The notes beneath the pieces were generated by a model. That model saw only the letters and a program-made list of their open reading frames with translations. It did no database searches and was not told where the DNA came from. Positions 28,822-39,039 of a DNA stretch of 64,000 nucleotides are shown here, in pieces. The DNA is taken from NCBI GenBank assembly GCA_009103225.1, contig RHPI01000732.1, positions 264,463 through 328,462 on the forward strand, given 5' to 3'. Source of the stretch: Chlorokybus atmophyticus. Lineage: Eukaryota > Plantae > Mesostigma and Chlorokybus algae. The stretch's first letter is position 1; each line of letters starts with the position of its first letter. The translations under genes and the position numbers were made by a program.

Positions 28822-30857
28822 ATGTGGGCGTTGGCGTCGGGGTGCTGGCTAGGAGGAGGCGTGCGGGTGAGGAAGTTGCTGCTACCGCCGACGCGCCAAG
28901 CACAGCCGTTGCCGCCATGCCTGCGGCGACAACAGCCGCAAGCAGGCGGCCAGCTTGTGCGCATGTGTGCTACGCGCCCTGAAGTAGCAGCCGCCAAAAA
29001 GGGCAATGACATTGCTGAAGGAGAAGTTCAGGTGAGAGTTTCAGGAAAGGGGCGACTGGCGGTGAAGAAAGGCCTGGTTTTGTTTGGGCTGCCTGAGCTT
29101 GCGACTGTCGTTAGCTTGCGTCAACTGGTGGGCCGAATTGCACGCAAGCCGGTAGCAATTGGCGTGCATGGCATTGTACTCTGGGACAACAAGGACAGTG
29201 TATGTCATGTGTGCACTGCACCCTTACGTGTGACAGGACAGCTCTGGCATTGCGCGACCTTGTGGTCGTGATGTGGTGCATGCTGACATGCACCAAATAT
29301 ATGATTGGGTGCTGATGATAACGTCACCTGGATATCACCTGTTGCATGGTATTGCATGCAAGCCAACTGTTCTTGGCTATCAGGTGTGGTTTTGTTTTCC
29401 GGACGATCCTCGTACACGTGATCCGCAGCTACTAAAAGCCTACCACAACGTATGGACATGTGCGTGCACGCCTGTTGTTGTCATTGCTTCAAGTTGTGCA
29501 TGTCTTCAGGGTGTGGTTCATAGTCTTTGCGCTCCTGCAGGTAGTGAGCGATGATGAGTATGCTGCAATAGCTGGTGACAGTTGCGACCCAGAGCACGGA
29601 AGTCATGACAAAGAGGTGGAGAAATGGCGGCACAGGTTGCTAACCAGGGCACTCGTGCGCTCCACACTGGCAGACTGTAAGCATTGCTAAGAGGCAGCTT
29701 TATGGTTCGTGCATGCTGTTCCTTTACTATAACGTCACTGACACAGAGCTTTTGCACTCAGATTCAAAAGGTGCTGTGCTGCCACGCGACCTCACCTTGC
29801 AGAAGAACGCGTACGGCAAACCTAGCGTTAGTGTTGCAACTGCAAGCACGTCAATCACTGTCTCCACTTCCTCGCTGACCCAATGTGTATGTTACACGCT
29901 TGCAGATGCAATGGCCCACATCGGTTGACCCCAAAACTCTCCCCCGCTTGGAGTTCAGTCTCTCTCACACAGACTCACTCATCGCCCTAGCTGTCACTGT
30001 GGATCAGCCAGTAAGTATTCGCATGGCAGACATATACTACTGTATGCCTGTGCTTACAATGTGTGCATGTGCTTTTTGCAGGTGGGTCTAGACGTGGAAC
30101 GCACAGAGCGCTCCACACGAGTGGACCCGCTCACCTTTGCACGAAGGCGGTTCGCGCCATCTGAAGCATATATGTTGGAGTCCATTCAGGACAAGCATGC
30201 ACGGCGGCAGCGCTTTATGCAGCTCTGGACATTGAAGGTAAGCGCGCGCTCAGAAGTTGTCCCGCGGTCAGAATGTTCCAAGGTATGGTAGTGCATCATA
30301 TGAAGTCTCATGAGTGTTGTGAAGGAGGCATACATGAAAGCATTGGGGCGGGGCATTAACGCAGTCACTTTGAGTGGCTACGGTTTCGACTTTTGTAACG
30401 CGCCAGTTGGGGAGTGCACCCCACATCAACCTCACATCTCTGCTCCAGGCGGAAAAAGTCTGGATGTAAGCGTGGTGAGAATGAACTCCGCTGCCCAAGA
30501 GTTGGTCCAACACTCATTGCATCATGGCATTGCATTGCAGGGTATCAAGCTAGTATTGCATGACTCCACAACTGCTGCGAGGCACGGCGCGCAGCCTGAC
30601 TCGTGGCGGCTTTTGCTGCTGAAGCCGACTCCGCATCACGTCTGTGCAGTGTGTGTGCACGCTAGTGAAGGTGAGTCACAACAGTTTGTTCATTGCTGCA
30701 GGTACAGACCAGTCAATCCATGTCGGTTGTTCTGACTCATTGTTGTTGCCTTGCAGCTGTTGAGTCTTTGCGAGTTAGGACATTTTACACAGTACCTTTA
30801 GTGCACGGTTCGCCATTTGTGGTGAACGAGTATCTTGGTTGTAGCTATAACTTGTAG
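28822..30857 (+). CDS. 4'-phosphopantetheinyl transferase (Sfp-type holo-ACP synthase), organelle-targeted
   Basis: ATG 28822; VWFCFPDD; LLTRALVRSTLA; KNAYGKP; LEFSLSHTDSLIALAV; VGLDVE; FMQLWTLK|EAYMKALGRG (Sfp WTLKEAYxKA motif). Probable last exon AVESLRVRTFYTVPL.. ends TAG 30855-30857; alternative unspliced stop at 30735. Confidence 0.88.
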
Positions 30858-31357
30858 TCGGCGTGCATGCAACAGTTGAACTGTACGGAAAAAGTAGAGC
30901 AGACTGTGGCTCATTGCAGCCCAACCTACTTGAATTGACATTTGCGCAGTCAGCATTTTTAATATTCTGTGTGGTGCGTGCGTGTGCATTTCACTACACC
31001 AAGCAATGTGTGGCATTGACAACAATGTGCAAGTAACATCAGCTATTTACGCTGTCTGTTCTGTTGTATTACTGGTGTAGTGTTAAGTAACAACACTCTA
31101 GTCTGCTCTTATAATCCTCATCAACATGCTTACCTGGCAACCCCACAGCTGCTTAAGCAACATAAATATAATGTGACTATCTGCGTACATCAACACTTGC
31201 TTCCAACAGTCTTGCAGGCAGGACGGCGTTATTGACTTCGTGGCAGAGTACATGTCACCTTCTTAGTGTTGTCAATCCTCCTCAACCGAGTCATACAGCT
31301 TGACAAACCTGCCAACACACCTCACACGTCTATATCACACCACACTGCGAGGGTTGG

Positions 31358-32754
31358 TCAACCTGTTGCTAAGTTGGTGCTTTGAGTGATCGCATCGAGT
31401 GCAGCAGAACCGTGCTGCACTTGATGCGTTGCCCGTGTGCTGGCATACCTCGGGAGTTGCTTTTCAATGTCGTATCGCCGGAACAGACGTATGAGTTCCG
31501 TGTTAAAGGGTGCGAAGAAGTTCCGCAGAATGCGCTCGGTCTCAGGCGTCATTTCCGGCTCGCTTTTGCATTTGTCCCACCTCTCCCCAACATTTGTTGC
31601 GATCATTACGTCCGGCACCGGCAACTCGTACTCAACCCCAAGGAAGTCCATCACCTGGTTGTTGGCTGAAGGATTGGTTGTCCACAGCAGTACACGATCC
31701 AACATGTAATGCAACGCGCGTGCGCGTACAAACAATATGCCGACTTCTGCACGACTGGCTAAACGCTGCACGCACCTGCTGGCCAATCTTGCGAGCACCT
31801 TCGGGAGTGTCATAGTTCTGACGTCACACACAAAATAAGCAAAAGTTGAGCTTGCTCATATTGGCTTGTTGTCCTGATTGTGACGTTTTATGTCTCATTG
31901 TCGTGTGAACTGTTGCATAGACCTGTGCATGTGCATTGTGAATCCAAAAGCCCCCAACCTCGAAGTCGATGACGAGGAAGTGCTGCGCGGGCGGGAAGAG
32001 GCTGAACCATGGCTCCAGCTGCAGGGCGTACCAGGAGGCGAAGAAGGGGCTGTCGTAGGGAGGAGGGTTCTTCATACCGCAGTGGTTGTACATCTGTCAT
32101 TAGCAAGTAAATTCGCAGTCACTCAATAAGATGACATGGCAACAATGGCAAAGTGTGTATGGGGGGCGCACGTGTGAGCTTGTGCGTGCATGTTTGCATA
32201 GGTGCTGCGCAGATGCAGAGTGCGTGACAACAACAATAATGAACAGCATCATCAACAACAACAACAACAACAATGATGACGATGAGGGCGATGGGGACAT
32301 TGATGGCCAGAACAACGACATCGATGACAACATCAGAAGGCAGTGCTGTACCTGCTGCTTTGAAAGCGACGACTTCTCCTGCATGCAGGCGAGCTCCTTT
32401 GGCAGCTCGCTCTTGACCCAGTCGTTGAAGTCCATCGTGCACGGGATGCCCCACACGTGCCTCCCCCTGCAATAGCAATGATAGTTGTGGCACACTTATG
32501 CGTGTACTCGTGTGCTCGTTTGTGCGTGCGTGTGAGTGTTTGTGCCTGTGTGCGTGTGCATGTGTCTGTTGGCTTACAGGTGATGGAACCAGGAGAGCAT
32601 GCGGTCAACCGGGTCACGCAACGAGACGAGGAACTTGAGCTCCTGGCGCACGCCAATGCGCGCGTAGTGGGCGCCAATGTCAAGCGACGCGCTCAACATC
32701 TGCATGTAGTCTGGCGTGCCATCCACCACGTACCGCACAGCCTGCAAAGCGTCG

Positions 32755-32791
<37 letters not shown>

Positions 32792-33850
32792 GTTGTTGTT
32801 TGAAGCCAACATGTTTGGTACCATTGATATACATGGGAACATCTGTGGACACACACACGCAACAGACATCCTCATCATCCTCATTGTGTGGTGCTGCACT
32901 CGAGTCAATACCTAGAGATTGTGACAGAGACACAACAACAACAACAAAAACAACAACAACAATCACAACCACAACGTCAACATCAGCAGCAACGCACCCC
33001 GCTCTTGATGCCGTCTTCCTCGTCACATGAGGGGTAGTACTGCGAGTACGCATCGAACCAGTCGTGCGTGTCGAGTCGCACGTGCAGCCTGTCCAGGAAA
33101 TGCTTCTCCTTCTTTGTGTCGAGCACCGCACCCCGGCCGTACTCGTCACTGCAGACAAGAAAGATGATGTTGAAATGAAACAAAGCCACACTTGCTTGTT
33201 GCTGACTGCATGTGCATGTGCGCGTGCGTTCATGGTATGTGTGGACGCGGGTACGCATGTGCATGCATTAGGCTTCGGGTGTTTAAGGGAGTTGGTGTTT
33301 ACATACGCGTGCGTGAGTGCATACGCATGTACAAATGTACGTGCGTGTGTGGGCGCATGCACATATGGGCGCACCGTCCCTGGCACACACATGTGTGCGT
33401 GTGCACCCATATGCATGTGCGTGCACAGAAATGCGTGTCATACCTGCGCCATGGTGGAAGCACTGCGACCACGCATACATATACATACCCGCAAGCATGA
33501 TGGATGTGCATGCTTGCCTTATCAGGTAGAAGTAAAGGCTGCTTGAGCCGCACTTCTGTCCTCCGATGAGGAATGCGTTGGGTATGGCGCGGTTGTTGTA
33601 GCACAGCACTCCCCCTGTGGCCCTTGTCAGGTTCATTCCCGGCATCGAGTCCCACCTTGCAAGCGCGCACACAACATTCGTTATACTCCAACAAACATAA
33701 TAGACACTCCAACCACACAAAACACTCTTGAACTCACAAAAGTGTGCCGTTGTAGCCCATTTTAAGACGCCGTGACAGGGCAAAAGCACCATCAAAGCTG
33801 GCTGCCAGCAGCAGAAAGACCCACAGTGTGGATCGATGGAGCCAAGCCAT
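31358..33850 (-). CDS. Secretory-pathway sulfotransferase (heparan-sulfate 3-O/N-sulfotransferase-like fold)
   Basis: ATG 33850 MAWLHRSTLWVFLLLAASFDGAFALS (signal-peptide-like); PAPS 5'-PSB motif AFLIGGQKCGSSSL; KKEKHFLD; VDGTPDY; 3'-PB motif LRDPVDRMLSW; SWYALQLEPWFSLFP; LRNFFAPFNTEL; stop at 31358. Confidence 0.85.
32754..32800. repeat. (GTT)n microsatellite in sulfotransferase intron; shorter (AAC)n tracts near 32254 and 32932
   Basis: Direct reading. Confidence 0.95.
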
Positions 33851-35395
33851 GACTTAGAGGCTTATTGAGACTGAGCTCGGGCGTGTGGCAGCCAAAAGAA
33901 GTCAAGTGCTCGGAGCTCTCTGTGCCCGTACTCTGCTGCTTCGTGACTCTGCGGGATAGTTGTACTGTACACGACAAGTAGGGCAGTGAGTGAGTGTGTA
34001 TGTGCTTGTGCATACGCGTATGACAGACTCAAGGTGCTGCATTGCCAACTGACTCGCGTACCACGAGCATGCACAAGCCTTTATATTGAGCACATGCAAG
34101 CCGTTCAATGTAGTTGTAGTTGTAGTTGAAGCTCGCTTCCTTCCAATGCATGCATACTCGGCTCTCACACTCGTACTGCCTGTGCATGCCCAAATTTAAT
34201 GCCAGGACCGCCCATGCTTGCTACACCCAAACATGCACACAGCTAGACCACGTACTGCCTAAGGCGAATGTGGGTTGGACTGCTCAAGCGACACACGTAG
34301 CTGAAGTTTGCCAACTTGTCATTGGAAGCACACTTGCTTGCTACAATGCAATACGTGCATGATGAGCTTACACAAAGCTTGGAGACAGAGCTTGAAGAGA
34401 GCTTAAAGAGAGCTTCACGCCCAAGCGCAAGCTCATGCAGATGGCGGCGGCGGGGGACTCTCCCGACGACCAAGAGGTGGATGCTCCGGGGTCAGGAGGC
34501 AAGTCTTCTCTACTACAGCCAGGCCATGCGTCCCACGCCCCAGGCTGGACCAGATAGGCTTGGCTCGGTGGCCTCCACCTAACCTGAACGCGTGGCTTGG
34601 CCAAACGTTGTGCTACACACAGCAACGATCCTCACGAATGCTCAGCAGCACTACCACATGTTCTTGCGTTGCCAACGCCAGCTAAGCAGGGGAGAATTCT
34701 TTAGCCTAGCCAAGTACAACCAGGTATATAGTCACAATTCGTGACTAAAGCTACACTGTTATGTTCGCATCGCGAGCTTGTGTACTACTAGCACACAAGC
34801 TGAATCAATGAATGCTAAGTCACTTGTGACGTACACAACCTTTACTCCTCTGCTTGTCAAGTGGGTGCCCACCTGGTATGCATGCCAAGCCAAACGCGCA
34901 CGCGCACGCGCACGAGGCGTTCTTTGAAATGAAAAAGTAAAAAAGTATTCACAACAAGTATTTTACGATATATATACCCCTGCAGAGCCCCTGCCTGCTG
35001 GTTTGCTCTAGAGGCACGCGCCAGGAACACGGCATATAATGTCGCAATCCTCGTCAGGAAATTGTTGCAAAACGTGGATTGTAGTTGCGGAGATGAACGT
35101 GACGGCGTGAGCTTGCCGTATGGTACGGTGCTCCTGGTCCAGGGGACTGCATGCCTCACAAAATTATAGCGTTTTGATTGCGGCATGGCCATGTGCGGAC
35201 TCCGCGGACGCTCCAACCTGGCTCGCTTGCTCAGCACAGTAAAAAGCAATCCTCCTGCATGTGCAAGTCGCAAAGCACTAGGCCTACACAGTCTGCCTAC
35301 AGTCTAGTCGCCGTTGTGTCAAGCCCATTCATGCATGATTTATCAGAACAATCGCGTTATTGGAACCGATCTTCGAAGTAGTGGTGCGGCTGTTT

Positions 35396-35559
35396 GGTTG
35401 GGCCGGCCGGCCAGCCGGCCGGCATTCAAGGTCACCATCAGACATTACACATCCGCGCCATAGAGCCATCACATTTATTTAGGCGAGGCCAACCAACCAA
35501 CATGCTTGAGGTTGGTTGGGCCGGCGGGCCGGCCGGCATTCAAAGTCACCCTGACATTA
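35396..35559. repeat. Diverged ~50-bp GC-rich direct repeat
   Basis: ggttgggccggccggccagccggccggcattcaaggtcaccatcagacatta (35396-35447) versus ggttgggccggcgggccggccggcattcaaagtcaccctgacatta (35514-35559). Confidence 0.85.
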
Positions 35560-35749
35560 GGCTATATACTTTATTACCCGCGACTGCCGGGCTGCGCGGC
35601 CCGCCTCCCTCTCATTGGTTGGGCGGCGAGTATCAGCGTTGAACCGTTGGAACTACCTACACAAGATCATGGCCATCCAAAGCACATCCCGATACCAGGC
35701 AATTGCTCACATACATGCAACTAAATGTGATTTTGAGCACAGCATACAT

Positions 35750-35807
35750 CATGCTGCCGTAAGTGGCCATGTACCATATATGATACATGGCCACTGACGG
35801 CAGCATG
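35750..35807. repeat. 58-bp near-perfect palindrome
   Basis: catgctgccgtaagtggccatgta-ccatatatga-tacatggccactgacggcagcatg; 24-bp arms with one mismatch. Confidence 0.9.
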
Positions 35808-36162
35808 TTGTTTGATATATAATACTCCGTAATGATATTAAATTTGATAAATTACAAATGTAGATCAACGATAAATGTGTTTTAAATTAATGCAAATATG
35901 CTGAATGAAAACAATTTAACCGCATGATCCACACACACAGGCAACGGCAACCGTCCAAATCTACTCGCATCGCAATAAGTCAAAAAATCGTTTTGTGAAT
36001 TATTGCCTGGAATCCGTCGAAGTTATTGTGTTCTATGTGCAAAACAATTGATTGTAATATTTATCAATATTTATGCAAAAATTATGCCATGCGTTGAAAT
36101 CAATCTATTGTTCCGTATCATACACAAAAGGTGGCACCGCCGTTATGCCATGGTTTATGATT

Positions 36163-37413
36163 TTAAGCACCAAATAAACTATGATGTACCTTCATTAATT
36201 GTGTAGTTGCCGAATACGAGGTCAAAAGCTCAAAACATTTTTTATCGCCACGAGCAACAACGAATAAGGAACGGCGGGTACGATACCGCGAAAACTCAGC
36301 AGCATGCTCGTAGTCACTCAGGTCCATGTCTGCGACACTGCGCATACTGTCATGCTAAAAGAGGCCTGGCTTGTCCTCGTGGATCCTCAGTAGTCGGTAT
36401 TTATTGATGGCCTCCCGACAGTGCAGCAGGTATGCATGCATTCTCCTCCAATTGCTGCCTTTGGCAATCATGTTTCTGGCGGTACTTGCTGAAATTTCTG
36501 CAGCAACTGCCATAGCATCTAGACTCGCATCCCGGTAGACTTTGAACAGCACCGGGATCAGGTTGTATAGTGCATGCTAGTGTACAGGTAAAGGTAGCGA
36601 TCAGTCCTAGTACCCAGGCTCTGTGTGTTGCAAGGTCTGCATCAAACTAAAGGTCTTCTGATCATTAGCCACACATATCTTGTGCAGGTTCTCGTCCACC
36701 CCTAGCTGCTCCTTCAACTGCAAAAGCACAAGTTTCAGGTGATCAGGCTTGTCCGGATTAAAAGGGAGGAAAGGCATGTAATAAACATTGCTGGTGGGAG
36801 TCGCAGCTTCCTCCCCATCCATTGGGTAGCGCAGCACGCCCTTCAAGAAGGTCTGGTCAAATTTCTTCAAGCTAACTCCTTTTCAGCACTGTGTTGTGCA
36901 AGTGGACTGGAAATGCATTAAAACCGAATTGCTCCCGTTCTGACTTGTTGACAATAACAGTACTTGGAGGTGGAGTGTTGTGTGTACGTGGCCTTGGGGG
37001 ACGGACAGGCAATGTAGCAGGTGTGGGGAATGGCCGTCCTGCTTGGGATAAAGTCCTGTACCTTACAGCAGTACTTCCTCCATCTAGACTGCTTCTGCTT
37101 GCCTTTCATGTTTGGGTATGCAGACCTGGGTGGTGCAGTGCAAGTCTTTGTCTGAACCACTGTATCATACTTGGCCTGAACACATGAAATCCCAGTTGTC
37201 TATAGTTGCTAGCAGAAACTCTTCGCCTCCAGCCTTGATAGAACATGGGTTTCTTGATGCGGCACTATTGCGGGACATTATCGTACGCTTCAATGTGGCA
37301 CGAGCAATACAAAACCCCAGCCTGTTGAGGATAGTTAGTAGCTTGCGTCGCAAAATGTTTTCCCTGCCGGCCGACTGAATATTGGCAACGGCATTGCACC
37401 TGAGGATACTCAT
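36163..37413 (-). pseudogene. Decayed DUF6589-like (probably Academ-superfamily) DDE transposase
   Basis: ORF fragments 37413-37165, 36870-36607, 36552-36355 and 36345-36163 share one frame; 37160-36918 is shifted. Motifs LNRLGFCIARATLKR, LATIDNWDF, YMPFLPFNP..LKEQLG..VANDQKT, and Y*D*SLPLPVH*HALYN with in-frame stops at 36607, 36601 and 36577. Confidence 0.55.
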
Positions 37414-37519
37414 TCAAACTGTCGACCTTCAGTCTATCGGCGATCTCGATACAGGGACCTGAGCATAACGGTCACCAGTAGTTGGCGGCCGTCTGTATAA
37501 AAGAACTGACCCTAATTAA

Positions 37520-37700
37520 TAAGTACTTGTCAGGTACTCAACAGTTAAGCAAAGGGGACTTGACCTAACTAACAGGTAACTGACCGGTACCTATCAGTCA
37601 AGTACTGGCGGCTATACCTACGCTAATTGAGCGAAATTGTCAGGTACCTTAAGGTACCTACCGTTAATGATGTGTACCTTTAAAAGTACCTGCTGGTACC
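37520..37700. repeat. Array of ~9 RGTACY (GGTACC/AGTACT) palindromic motifs
   Basis: GGTACC at 37586, 37643, 37653, 37695; AGTAC near 37522, 37601, 37685; TTGTCAGGTAC occurs twice. Confidence 0.75.
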
Positions 37701-38260
37701 GCTCAGTGGTAATTAGGTGTCACACGTGATTGTCGCCATCAGCTGTGCAAGAATGCATGACAAATAATTAAAAACTAAAAAGTAAATAGATACAATATAG
37801 TAGCTCAGTATATTACAATGTAATATACTGAGCTACTAATACTGCTGCTAGTACAATTAGACTAACACTATTGCTACCACTACCACTACTGCTACTACTA
37901 CCTTAGGTACTACTGCTAGTACTACCCTTATATTGAGCTCCTGCACCGCCCGCTCCAGCTCCGCCGCCGCCGTTCCTTCTCCGCCGCCGCTGCCGCCGCC
38001 TGGCCTAGTCTGGCCTAGCCTGGCCTGGCCTGGCCGCCCTTAGGCAAGGAGGGTGGTTAGATGGCATGCGGTGTTGCGCGTAGTACAACGTCAGACAGCA
38101 ACCAAGCTCACCTACTGTTAGCCGTTGCCGCCGCCGCCGCCGCCGCCGCCTTTAACGCTCTGTTCAACTTGAAGCCGTTCAGCGTTTGAATAACTTGGGC
38201 AACCCAAGTTATTCAAACGCGTTGTCGAAACATGACTCGCAACGGCATTATCGTATTATT

Positions 38261-38365
38261 ATAATGGTACAAAAGTACCATTATCGCACTGGCACTATCG
38301 TACCATTGATATGGTACGATAGTGCCACTGCGACAATGGCACTGTTCGTACCATTGACATAGTAT
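38261..38365. repeat. Back-to-back hairpins built from an ATGGTAC/GTACCAT motif
   Basis: 38261-38284 ataatggtac-aaaa-gtaccattat (perfect 10-bp stem); 38285-38332 cgcactggcactatcgtacca-ttgata-tggtacgatagtgccactgcg (21-bp stem, 1 mismatch); a third partial copy at about 38338-38365. Confidence 0.9.
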
Positions 38366-38384
38366 GGCGGCTGCATTGCACCCG

Positions 38385-38830
38385 CGTCTCGACTTGCCGG
38401 CCGTCACCACCGTCCCGACTTGCCGACATTTAGGGACCGGCGGCCACTTGCTAATCATGCTTGACACACATTAAATAGGTCGCCGCCGCGTTAAGTGCAC
38501 GCCCGGCGATCGGCCGTCACTTAATAAACGCGGTAAAGGTCACCTGGTAGGGACTAACGGTGACTGGCTTGCCAAAGTAGGCAGGCCGTCGCGCATACTT
38601 TTCGATGGTCAGGGTACGACCGACTGTCGGCCGTCACTATATGTGACCAAAACGTGACTTATCTGCTATGCAGATAGGTCGCCATCGCGCAGATTGGACG
38701 ATCGACAAGCGGCCGTCACTTTAATGTGCGGTGTTGCCGTCACAGGCAGGCCGCCGTCGATTGTACTTATCGGTCGACCGCTTGCCGTCGGTATGTGTTG
38801 CTTGATAGTAACGGCCGTCCAAAAAAGTCC
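38385..38830. repeat. GGCCGTCAC motif array (transposon subterminal-repeat-like)
   Basis: Exact GGCCGTCAC at 38399, 38512, 38629, 38711; variants at about 38584, 38736, 38813; ATAGGTCGCC twice. Confidence 0.8.
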
Positions 38831-39039
38831 CTTTATGGACCAATTCGTTACATCAGGTAGGGTCAGGCACCCGTCAATCCCTCAGTCCCTTGTCAGTCAC
38901 CATGTAAAAGATGCGACGTGATTGACCCGCTCATTGCATCCACAGCTTCTGCCAAGGCTACATGCAGTTTGGAGTAAGCATGTGAATTTCTTGTGTAGAT
39001 GACCCCACTCAGCAGGTAACACGCGCGCAGGTGCTTCAG

